This document shows positions 29,217 through 37,898 of a stretch of DNA of 64,000 bases, piece by piece; within the stretch, counting starts at the first letter, position 1, and the number at the start of each line of letters is the position of its first letter. Origin of the DNA: Candidatus Zhuqueibacterota bacterium (GTDB lineage Bacteria; SM23-31); contig JBHPLC010000005.1 in NCBI GenBank assembly GCA_042564455.1, positions 481 to 64,480 of the forward strand, given 5' to 3'. Made by a program: the position numbers and the translations under genes. The notes under the pieces were generated by a model, which saw nothing but the letters and a program-made list of their open reading frames with translations, ran no database searches and was not told the origin of the DNA.

Positions 29217-31613
29217 TTAGCTTGCTTTAATAATTCCTATAAGGAAGCTGTACTGCGATTCGGTCAATTCTCCATTTTCAACGCACACCCATATCCTTTT
29301 TTTAAGGGAGGAGTATCGCTCGAGTTTTGCCGCTTCGTCCTCATTTCTTTCCTGATTAATGGTGCGTATTTCCACCAGGAGCGCTCTCGTTAAATTTTCT
29401 CTCGCTCCGTTTATCATTTGGTCGCTCAAATTTTCCAATTCCTGCCATTGTGACTCGTTCAATTCTTCAGATTGCCACCACTTCATTTTTACACGCTCCT
29501 CGATCTCTTCTTTAATCTTTAGAAGCTTCATGACCGAATCCGGCTCACTTGCACTAATAGACACCTCATGGATCATTCTTGCCATCAATTTACTGGCCCC
29601 GCTGCGCTTCACCGTAATAATCCCCTTATATCCAGCAAGAATTATGACAATTGTAGCAAGGGACTTCCACAATATGTTAACTAATATGGTAATAGAAGCT
29701 GCCCAATCCCTTGATGCAATTAATTTCTTATCCTTGTAGAAATCTTCTGCGTCCGGGTGTAGGAGGATTGAACTTAATTCTTCAAAAAAGATTCCAACAT
29801 CTTCAGGAGGAATTTTAGCCAACTTGTGTGCGGCCTCTGTGATTTTTTTGACATCGAAATCTAAGTCCTCCCTAGTCATCAGCAATGCTCTTGTTTTTAT
29901 TGTATTAATTGATTCCTCGTCCTCCTTCTTGTCCTCCTTCATAGAATCATACGTTCCTGGTGGTATCGTGCGACTTTTTAAAACTCCAGAGCTCATCAAG
30001 TCTTGGATTTTTCCACGACCGATTGAAAGAAGCCTGATTTTGTCGCTGTTGAGGAGATTTCCGAGAGCTTGGCCCGGTTCATAGCTGAAGAAGAATCCAA
30101 CATCGAGTTCATCTTTGAAAAATCTTTTCTCCATGTCCGGAATCGAAAATGTAGAATACGAATTTGTTTCTATTTCGTAAAGATCGAATAGGGCTTGTGC
30201 AAAAATCCGTGTTCCACTTTTCTCCGGACCAAGGGCAACTCGAAGATCACCTATGGCCATGAGGTCTTCGATTGTTTTTACTTCAATCCAGGGCTCTTTT
30301 CTACTCATGATGATATGAAATGTTTCTTCGTGAAGCGGTGCAATCAGCCTCATTTTTTTCACTTTTAAAGAATCAAATAAGTCTGTGATCTCAATTGAGA
30401 GTTCATTTACTCCATAAATGAACTCGGGATCTCCGAGTGAAGCACGAGCAACCTCATATTGCATGATGGCAATAATATTTTTTCTATCTCTTAGCAGTTC
30501 CAGGTTTTCCACTGATCCGTCAGTATGAATCACCCTTGAAGAAATACCATATAACTCATTGAGCTGCTTTTGAATTAGTTTACCGAAAATCCAGTATTTT
30601 CCATTGATCGCTCCCGTTGCGATGAGAAGCTTGTCCTCCTCTTTCTCCTTGAATTTTCGAGCGCCGGGATGGAGTAGACTATCCTGCTTTTCTTCAAAGT
30701 CAAGTGCCCTGTCTATCCTTATGTCCTGCGCTTTAGCATGCTCCCAAAGGAGTTTCTTAGTATTGTCGCTGTCGAACAAGGCGTCCAGGATCAAAAAAAC
30801 CAGGTCGTTGTCGAGGTTTTTTCTACCCGCCAGAAGCGCCCACGTGCCCACTGTATTTACAGGTGTCGACTGATTACTTTTATAGTAATTAGCCGGAATA
30901 TTCTCTTCAGTGAAGCAGTCAATCCTTGTTATGAGGCTATCGGTAATATCCAGGAGTTCGCAATCAGCGGAATCGAGGGCAATCTCCACAGCTTCAGTTG
31001 GAATGCCTGCGACGAAAAAAGCCGCATCGATCTCATCATCAATAAGCTTTTGAGCTGCTTCCGTAAAACCACCATCCGTTACCGTGTCGGAAAGTGAGAT
31101 ATTAAGAGTTTTTAGTATTTTATCGGCGACGAATTTTGTGCCGCTATTTTCCTTGCCTACATATGCCCTCTTATCTTTTAAATCATTAAGATTACCAATA
31201 CTCGCATCTTTTCGCACAACGACTTGGACAAGATCCTTATACAAGCGTGCAAGAACACTAATGTCTTCGAGTGTATCGGGCAGTGCCTCGCTTAACACTG
31301 GTTCCATAACGAAGGCAATATCTGAGGAATCGTTAAAGAGTCGAAGGATATTATCCTTCGATCCGTCCGTAATATAAGCCGTTGCTTTTATTGGTTCTCC
31401 CGGGAGATTTCCAAGAATTTGTGCTAATTCCTGACCCAGTATTAAATATGTGCCACCCGTAGTAGCGGTTGCTATTCTAACTTCTTCCCTTTGATGTTCC
31501 CCGGGAAGATTCCAAAGTATAATCACACAAAAAACGAGGGTAATACCAATAATCATCACTGCAATGATGATGTTTCGCATTGATTTAGAAAGTATCATGT
31601 TTTTCCTTGGCAT
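29217..31613 (-). CDS. tandem TAXI-domain protein with TM helices and C-terminal coiled coil
   Basis: 798 aa with an N-terminal TM helix. TAXI-like domain 1 has TATTGGTYLILGQELAQILG...VGKENSGTKFVADKIL...IDAAFFVAGIPTEAVE. TAXI-like domain 2 has ATGAINGKYWIFG...GPEKSGTRIFAQAL. These are followed by a TM helix and a helical tail. Confidence 0.6.
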   Translation of the reverse strand: MPRKNMILSKSMRNIIIAVMIIGITLVFCVIILWNLPGEHQREEVRIATATTGGTYLILGQELAQILGNLPGEPIKATAYITDGSKDNILRLFNDSSDIAFVMEPVLSEALPDTLEDISVLARLYKDLVQVVVRKDASIGNLNDLKDKRAYVGKENSGTKFVADKILKTLNISLSDTVTDGGFTEAAQKLIDDEIDAAFFVAGIPTEAVEIALDSADCELLDITDSLITRIDCFTEENIPANYYKSNQSTPVNTVGTWALLAGRKNLDNDLVFLILDALFDSDNTKKLLWEHAKAQDIRIDRALDFEEKQDSLLHPGARKFKEKEEDKLLIATGAINGKYWIFGKLIQKQLNELYGISSRVIHTDGSVENLELLRDRKNIIAIMQYEVARASLGDPEFIYGVNELSIEITDLFDSLKVKKMRLIAPLHEETFHIIMSRKEPWIEVKTIEDLMAIGDLRVALGPEKSGTRIFAQALFDLYEIETNSYSTFSIPDMEKRFFKDELDVGFFFSYEPGQALGNLLNSDKIRLLSIGRGKIQDLMSSGVLKSRTIPPGTYDSMKEDKKEDEESINTIKTRALLMTREDLDFDVKKITEAAHKLAKIPPEDVGIFFEELSSILLHPDAEDFYKDKKLIASRDWAASITILVNILWKSLATIVIILAGYKGIITVKRSGASKLMARMIHEVSISASEPDSVMKLLKIKEEIEERVKMKWWQSEELNESQWQELENLSDQMINGARENLTRALLVEIRTINQERNEDEAAKLERYSSLKKRIWVCVENGELTESQYSFLIGIIKAS

Positions 31614-31638
31614 TGAGTAAAGATTTTTTGTAAGTCAT

Positions 31639-31758
31639 CTATATTTGATAACAGTTTTTTTCTTCTACAAAACGCATGCCGCCTTCACCGAGCTTATCGA
31701 AAATCTTGTAATGTGATATGGTTTCATCGGTCTGTCCACCGTCTTTTTGGAGGATCAC
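31639..31758 (-). pseudogene. orphan 5' stub of a Ser/Thr kinase gene
   Basis: The minus strand reads VILQKDGGQTDETISHYKIFDKLGEGGMRFVEEKNCYQI-stop. It matches the kinase N-terminus (..SHYEILEKLGEGGMG..) as far as the glycine loop, then diverges. Confidence 0.7.
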
Positions 31759-32017
31759 AGGAAACCCTTGGATAATTATTTACACGAAATAATATGGTTA
31801 GTATGGTCAGAAGTAATCGTATTCGCAGGAATAGCCCTTATTTTTCAGTTCATTACTGAGGGGCTTAACGTAGTTGTTCGGTGATTTTTCAGAAGTTCTT
31901 GAGATTCATTTATCGTACTGAATACTTATATAGAATAAATCTATTTATCTAAAAACATTTTTTTGATTGCAAAAGGTGATATTGAGGAAAGCAAAGAAAA
32001 GAACAAAATAATGATGA

Positions 32018-32046
32018 AATATATGTAATTTTACATGGAAAGTCAA
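32018..32046 (-). promoter_or_regulatory. candidate sigma70-type promoter (TTGACT-17-TATATT), paralogue of 28870-28898
   Basis: Minus strand: TTGACT (32046-32041), a 17-nt spacer, TATATT (32023-32018). Confidence 0.35.
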
Positions 32047-32190
32047 ATATATATATATTTGAAATTTGTGGAAAGGTGTCACTGAATTGTATGTTTTAAG
32101 TCAGAAAACATGAATTTTGATATGTTGATATCCCGTGCCTGTATTTTTGTGTTGGGGATAGAGTTGGGATCAGATACATTCACAACAACA

Positions 32191-32214
32191 AAAAAAGGGC
32201 TTTATTAAAGCCCT
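32191..32214 (-). terminator. intrinsic terminator candidate
   Basis: The minus strand reads agggctttaataaagccct followed by tttttttgttgtt. Confidence 0.55.
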
Positions 32215-32230
32215 AAGTTATTTTTATTTA

Positions 32231-32282
32231 TGTAGTTGCGCATAGGGGAATCGAACTCCTGCTATCCCGCAGAATGCGGGAC
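32231..32282 (-). pseudogene. degenerate tRNA-like 3' fragment (T-arm plus acceptor strand, non-canonical anticodon hairpin)
   Basis: The minus strand reads gtcccgcattctgcgggat-agc-aggag-ttcgatt-cccct-atgcgca. It shares about 30 nt with 32573-32618, but the T stem has an A-C mismatch and the anticodon loop is not canonical. Confidence 0.4.
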
Positions 32283-32285
32283 GTC

Positions 32286-32534
32286 CTAACATGAAGAATT
32301 GAATAGCTTCCTGAAGGCTTCGCCTCCCTTGTAGGATTTAATCTGTTTTTCACGATGCATTGATTCATTTCTTGTACTGAATTCTTCATAAAAAACCAAT
32401 TCCCAGGGACGCTTTAATTTGGTTGATTTTACCCTGCCCTCGTTATGCCGTTTAATTCGATCAGCTATATTTGATGTTTGGCCGATATAATATGATCGAT
32501 CCTTTTGACTTTGTAAGATATAAACGCTGTACAT
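32286..32534 (-). CDS. GIY-YIG nuclease family protein (small, URI-domain only)
   Basis: MYSVYILQSQKDRSYYIGQTSNIADRIKRHNEG...: GIY-YIG signature (YILQS...YYIGQT), R..HN, and E in the expected order. 82 aa. Confidence 0.8.
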   Translation of the reverse strand: MYSVYILQSQKDRSYYIGQTSNIADRIKRHNEGRVKSTKLKRPWELVFYEEFSTRNESMHREKQIKSYKGGEAFRKLFNSSC

Positions 32535-32572
32535 AATAAAAAACGGTCCATTGCTGAACCGTATCTAGTTTG

Positions 32573-32618
32573 TAGCGCATAGGGGAATCGAACCCCTGCT
32601 ACCGGCGTGAGAGGCCGG
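32573..32618 (-). pseudogene. tRNA-Glu(CUC) 3' half fragment (anticodon arm to discriminator); 5' half missing
   Basis: The minus strand reads ccggc-ctctcac-gccgg-tagc-agggg-ttcgatt-cccct-atgcgct-a. This is a perfect anticodon arm and T-arm. The upstream 26 nt cannot form an acceptor 5' strand (agcgcat is absent) or a D-arm. Confidence 0.6.
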
Positions 32619-32758
32619 TTTTGTATTATTTTACCGCATAGTATTTAATGATACTTCTATCACCATAACTTCTTATTCTATTACATGTTATAGAATTCTA
32701 TCTCAGGAATAAATTACCTTGACTTTCTTCCAAAATACCTATATACTATACAAAAAGG

Positions 32759-33892
32759 TTGGATATACGGTTGGAAAATATGTCAAGACGAATAAAAACA
32801 CCCCACGTTGGTATCTACTATAGAAACACTAAAAGGATCGGTGGTAGCGGAATTGAGAAGGTTTATTATATTGTCTTTAAGAAAGATGATAAGACAATTG
32901 AAGAAAAAGTAGGAAGACAATATGTTGATAATATGACATCTGCAAAAGCTGCCAGAATACGGGCTGAAAGAATCGAAAACAAGAGACTTTCAAAAAAACA
33001 ACGTTTAGCAATAGAATTAGAGAAAAAGCAATGGACAATTGCAATATTATGGAAAGAATATAGTTCCTTCAGAGAGGATAATAAGGGCCTTGCAGTAGAT
33101 CGAAATCGATATGAGAAATATATATTACCTGAATTTGGCAGCAAAGTGCCCAGTAACATTTCTCCATTAGAGGTGGATAGCTTTAAACAACGATTGTTAA
33201 AAGAACTATCACCTCAAACTGTTCGACATATATTGAATCTTCTTACCTGGATTATAAATTTTGGATTCAAAAAGAACCTTTGCCCTCCCCTTTCATTTCA
33301 GATTGTTAAACCTCAAGTCAACAATATAATAACAGAGGATCTCACTGCAACTCAATTAATAAACCTAATAAATGCCATTGAAGAGGATCAAAATAAAACT
33401 GCTGGAAATATAATGAAGATGGCTTTATTTACTGGAATGCGTAGAGGAGAAATATTTAAGTTAAAGTGGAAAGATATAAATTTTGAGCGTAAATTTATCC
33501 TAATTCAGGGACCGAAAGGTGGAATTGACCAAAAAATACCATTAAACAGAAAAGCAGAGATATTGTTAACTAATATAGATGAAAAAGATAGTCTCTATGT
33601 GTTTCCGGGGAAAGCTGGGAAACAAATTATCAACATATATCCCGCTTTAAGGCGAATAAGAAAACGAGCAGGCATTCCTGCTAGTTTTAGACCCTTGCAC
33701 GGCCTTCGTCACTATTACGCGAGTGCTATTGCATCAAGTGGTCAAGTAGACATGTATACTCTTCAAAAGCTACTTACTCATAAAGATCCCAGAATGACCC
33801 AAAGATACGCCCATCTAAGAGACGAGACTTTGAAACAGGCAGCAGATTTAGCCGGCAACATAATTGATGATGTTTTTAACTCAAATAAATAA
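32759..33892 (+). CDS. tyrosine-type site-specific integrase
   Basis: The catalytic pattern is TGMRRGEI...HGLRHYYAS...LLTHKDPRMTQRYAH, with an N-terminal arm-binding-like region. The likely true start is ATG at 32780 (MSRRIK). Confidence 0.85.
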   Translation: MDIRLENMSRRIKTPHVGIYYRNTKRIGGSGIEKVYYIVFKKDDKTIEEKVGRQYVDNMTSAKAARIRAERIENKRLSKKQRLAIELEKKQWTIAILWKEYSSFREDNKGLAVDRNRYEKYILPEFGSKVPSNISPLEVDSFKQRLLKELSPQTVRHILNLLTWIINFGFKKNLCPPLSFQIVKPQVNNIITEDLTATQLINLINAIEEDQNKTAGNIMKMALFTGMRRGEIFKLKWKDINFERKFILIQGPKGGIDQKIPLNRKAEILLTNIDEKDSLYVFPGKAGKQIINIYPALRRIRKRAGIPASFRPLHGLRHYYASAIASSGQVDMYTLQKLLTHKDPRMTQRYAHLRDETLKQAADLAGNIIDDVFNSNK

Positions 33893-34274
33893 AATAATCG
33901 AGTAAAATATTTGACTTTACTACTAAAATATGTTATATTAAAGTATGAGCAATTATGTAAATCTAAATTGCTCTCCTCTTAGAAAACTTCACGACAAGAC
34001 TACAGAAAATAAATACAACAGATGTAAAAATCGCTTGACTTCAGATGGAATATATCTTATAATCTGAAGTAGATACCTCAGAAAACCTATCGAAAACTGC
34101 CACCTGGCTACTGACCACTTTACGACTTGAAAAACATTCGATTCCAAAGTTAGAATTGAAAAAATGTAAATGAAGATTAAGTAATCTGCACTCAGAACTT
34201 ACCGTTCAACCTTCAGTTTTACCTAATCTCTACAAAAAACATCATTCATTAATAAACCGTAAGGAGCATAAATT

Positions 34275-34493
34275 ATGTTCAAAACTAGAGATCTATTCTT
34301 GGCGAGTACGCTTGTTTTAAAAGGACATTCTGTACAAAACCACGAAAGAGAAGGCAACATCTGCTATTTTTACTTTAAAGATACAGAGGACCTAAAGAAT
34401 CTTGTACAAGGATACCTGTACGATAAAATTACCGTGTCGCCGGTTAAGTTTCAATCGGCGATTAAATCTGTTAAAACTATTGTTTACTCATAA
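34275..34493 (+). CDS. small element-encoded protein (DUF5659-like from memory)
   Basis: 72 aa with RBS aaggag 7 nt upstream. The family assignment is from recollection only. Confidence 0.4.
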   Translation: MFKTRDLFLASTLVLKGHSVQNHEREGNICYFYFKDTEDLKNLVQGYLYDKITVSPVKFQSAIKSVKTIVYS

Positions 34494-34508
34494 CCAAATA
34501 ATATAATT

Positions 34509-36731
34509 ATGAATATGAAGAATAAGGAGAATCATGATTTAAAGAAAAGAACATTCAAAGTAAGTATTTGCTCAAATTATAATTCAAAGCAAACGAAAGA
34601 ATATAATAACAATAAAGTTGCCAATGGATGGCAGTTGGTTGAGCGGGATTGGACCGAAGAATCTGTTAAAAGCTTATCTTTGAATGAAGGCATTTCCGGA
34701 AACGAGTGGAATTCTGGTCATAGGACAAAAGTAAACTGGATAGCTACACATTGTATTATGCTGGATTTTGATGAAGGGGAGCTAACTTTAGAAAAACTTC
34801 TTGAAGACCAAAAGAAGTGGAAATTTGACTCATATATATTCAGTAGTCAGAACCATCAAAGGAAAAAAGTTACAAGCAGTGGTAAAGTGAAGGAGCCCTG
34901 TGATCGATTACGTGTCTTCATACCTTTGGAAGAACCCATAATAAACAACTTTGACAGAAAGCTAGTACAAAACATCTTTATAGATAAATACAATGGAACC
35001 CTTGACAAAACATTTATGGACCGGGATCGATATTTCGCGCATGGAACGGATGAAGTTTCAAGTTTTATCTCAACAAATGGTTTTCTAAACTGGAGAGAAC
35101 TTATAAAGGAGAATCCTATAGTCCATGAGGTAAATACATCTGGCCGCAAGAACAAGAAAGCTCCTACAGTGCATTTGTTTCACCTTAACGATGAAATACT
35201 CGATGAACAAGGAAATACGAAGATAATTCGAAATTTAAAAACTGACGAGCGAATCTTCTGCCCTGTTTGTGGTGAAGAAGAATACCGTACCAACACGACC
35301 CACAATGCAGTTTTTAAGATTAATCCTAAGGGATTACCTTTTATTTTCTGTTCATCATGTAAGGCTAGAGGAATGGGCACTGGCGGAAAAGGAGTTTATA
35401 ACATCCACCCTGATGACGGATTTAAATTTAAATCTGAACAAAACAATGCAACTGTGTTTATAGATGTGATAAACAGTAGGTTTTATGGCGGAAGAGTAGA
35501 AAAAGGTACAAACAGATTTATGGTTAGACAGTTAACAACTGAGAAGATCGTTAATAATTTTATTTTAAGTAATGATTTGCCGATACCAAGAACCTTTCCT
35601 ATGGCGCGATATGAATTGAATTTCTCAAGTAACAAGATCATAGACTTTGAGAACGAGTGTGTTAACAAATATATTGCTCCACATGTTCTTGTTGAACCCA
35701 TTCCTGAAGGATTAAAAGCTAAGTTCCATAAATACACTGAGAAAGTAATTAGTCATGTGTTTAATTATGACAAAGAGATAATTGATCATTTTATCAACGA
35801 TATGGCGTTTTTAGTTCAGAATCGCAAGAAGATGATAACATCTTATTTGCTTCAAGGAACTGAAGGTACCGGCAAAGGCCTAATGTTTACTAACATTTTT
35901 CAAAAGATATTTGGAGAGCAGTACTGCACTACGACAGATCAAGATGCCTTTGGTAACCAGTTTAATAGCTTTCTGACAGATAATGTTTTCGTGCTCGTAG
36001 ACGAAGTGCAAGCAGATTTTGGCCAAAAAGGCAATAAGAATGTAAGTGTTATTGACAAGATGAAAAAAGCGATTACAGACGAATTTATACAAATTGAAGG
36101 AAAAGGCAAAGACAGGTATAACGGGAATAACAACTGTTCATTTCTATTTGCAACGAATACACATCATGGAGTAGTTATAAGCAAAGACGACAGACGCTTT
36201 AATGTTGCATCGAGGCAAGAAACTAAAATGCACAATGCTACTTGGTGGCCTGGTTATAATGATTTAAAGCAGCAGCTTGAGAATGAACTTCAGGAATTTG
36301 TCTGGTATTTAAAACAGTTCTCTGTTGATATGAAGAAAATTGGATTAGTTCTTGATAATGAACCAAAGAAACTTCTTCAAGCGCTTAGCACATCAAATGC
36401 AGATGAGTTCTTTATAGCGTTTAAAAACGGTGATATAAGTTGGCTTAAGAACAATTTCGTTCTTAGAAACAATACCGACCAACTTAGGGATGAATTTGCT
36501 AGTCTACAACAATTAATATGGAATTTTACTGACAAAAATGGAATGAAATGGACAGATGTAAGAAGGTTATATAACTATATTAACTTTAAAAACCTATCAG
36601 CTCCGTCTTTCAATAAAATCGCAAAGACATGGTTGCCTGAACCGACAACACATAAAGATGAATACAACGTGTCTTACCATGGAATCGTAGTGAACTGGCA
36701 AGAAAACAAGACAATATCTGAAATCGGTTAG
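34509..36731 (+). CDS. primase-helicase (AEP/VirE-N-like primase region, zinc ribbon, SF3/D5-type NTPase)
   Basis: 740 aa. It has CIMLDFDEGE (acidic primase-like motif), CPVCGEE...CSSCKARG, Walker A GTEGTGKG, Walker B VFVLVDEV and ATN sensor FLFATN. Confidence 0.7.
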   Translation: MNMKNKENHDLKKRTFKVSICSNYNSKQTKEYNNNKVANGWQLVERDWTEESVKSLSLNEGISGNEWNSGHRTKVNWIATHCIMLDFDEGELTLEKLLEDQKKWKFDSYIFSSQNHQRKKVTSSGKVKEPCDRLRVFIPLEEPIINNFDRKLVQNIFIDKYNGTLDKTFMDRDRYFAHGTDEVSSFISTNGFLNWRELIKENPIVHEVNTSGRKNKKAPTVHLFHLNDEILDEQGNTKIIRNLKTDERIFCPVCGEEEYRTNTTHNAVFKINPKGLPFIFCSSCKARGMGTGGKGVYNIHPDDGFKFKSEQNNATVFIDVINSRFYGGRVEKGTNRFMVRQLTTEKIVNNFILSNDLPIPRTFPMARYELNFSSNKIIDFENECVNKYIAPHVLVEPIPEGLKAKFHKYTEKVISHVFNYDKEIIDHFINDMAFLVQNRKKMITSYLLQGTEGTGKGLMFTNIFQKIFGEQYCTTTDQDAFGNQFNSFLTDNVFVLVDEVQADFGQKGNKNVSVIDKMKKAITDEFIQIEGKGKDRYNGNNNCSFLFATNTHHGVVISKDDRRFNVASRQETKMHNATWWPGYNDLKQQLENELQEFVWYLKQFSVDMKKIGLVLDNEPKKLLQALSTSNADEFFIAFKNGDISWLKNNFVLRNNTDQLRDEFASLQQLIWNFTDKNGMKWTDVRRLYNYINFKNLSAPSFNKIAKTWLPEPTTHKDEYNVSYHGIVVNWQENKTISEIG

Positions 36732-36931
36732 AAAGTGGTTAGAAACTTTTGTGCTTAGGTTAGAAAAAGTTAGAAACTCTAAAACGCTATAACTTATTAA
36801 CTGACAACGTCTTATATGAATTGGTTAGAAAGTTAGAAAGATTTATATATCAGTATTATATTTAGTGCATACATAATATGGTATATTTTAACATAAGAAA
36901 ATACGAATAAAAAGTTTCTAACTTTCTAACC
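36726..36931. repeat. iteron cluster (GTTAGAAA x7, last two inverted) around an AT-rich core; probable element origin
   Basis: The copies are ggttagaaagtggttagaaac, ggttagaaaaagttagaaac, ggttagaaagttagaaag, an AT-rich spacer, then the inverted gtttctaactttctaacc. The cluster begins at the stop codon of the primase-helicase gene. Confidence 0.65.
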
Positions 36932-36964
36932 TCAACTCAGTATCACATAACCAGGAACTAAAAT

Positions 36965-37339
36965 ATGTTCACGAAACATAACAGAATGAGAATTAATAAA
37001 ACAGGTGTTATACCTAGAAAAGGATGTTATAGTAAACCTCTATGGTGTGATAGGTTAGATGAAGAATCTGACAGAAAGATTGCTCAAGCTAAAGACTTTA
37101 TAAAAGAAACTATGGTGAAGACAGACAAAGTATGTGAAGATTCATTATCATTCTATGCTATAAGTCAGGATTATACTGAATTGCATAATGGTGAATTCAT
37201 ATTGGCTTTAGCGCGATTCGGATATAAATTAGAGCTTTCAAATGATTCTAGCACAAGTTGTTTAGTAAATGTTGACTATGATGACTTTAGAAAGCGTTAT
37301 GAAAAATATTGTAAGAGAAACAAACTGCCCTGTTATTAA
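36965..37339 (+). CDS. hypothetical protein (element-encoded)
   Basis: 124-aa ORF with no recognisable motif. Confidence 0.4.
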   Translation: MFTKHNRMRINKTGVIPRKGCYSKPLWCDRLDEESDRKIAQAKDFIKETMVKTDKVCEDSLSFYAISQDYTELHNGEFILALARFGYKLELSNDSSTSCLVNVDYDDFRKRYEKYCKRNKLPCY

Positions 37340-37898
37340 TATGGCTAGTCGGGGACTCAGATATCAACTCAGGGTCCCCGCTCATAGGCATTAAAATTAA
37401 TTTGATAATTTATAGGCGTTTCGTAAAGAGCGAAAATATTGGGGATCCAGGTGATTATACCATGCCTGGGTCCCCGCAAAGACACCAAAACAAAAATTTG
37501 ATATGTTATACTATAACAGCTCAGAAGAGATACAAAATAATCTTTTAAATCACTACTATACAACACTTTAAACAAGGTACAATTAATATGCATGAAACAT
37601 ACAAAAAACCGCGAGGAAAGTTCTTTAATCCTCCTCCAGAACCTCAAGATACGGATAGCTTAAAAATTAGCCTTGATTCACTTGCTGAGCGTATGAATAG
37701 TGGTATAGGCAAACTGGAGAAGAAGATTATTAAGAAGTATTTCAGCCCGCCTAATGAAAGCAAGAAGCGCCAGGTTAATATTTAACTCACATGAAAAAGG
37801 AGGCCCATATGAGTCGCCTTGTTTGAATTGAACTACATATTTGATATAACCATGCACCTACGCTTTGACGGGAATACCGCCAATCGGAACTAAATAGT

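Larger units (their letters stand above)
32619..37475 (+). mobile_element. compact integrative element (integrase, small DUF5659-like protein, primase-helicase, iteron origin); right end not defined
   Basis: It starts at the truncated tRNA-Glu fragment. All genes are on the plus strand and the region is visibly AT-richer than its flanks. A pair of related GC-rich hairpins at 37350-37475 follows the last ORF. I found no second att copy. Confidence 0.5.

Noticed and set aside
37588-37785. 65-aa plus-strand ORF at the edge of the integrative element.
   Set aside because: It has no clear RBS or recognisable motif, and it overlaps an equally weak minus-strand ORF. The support is insufficient to call a gene.
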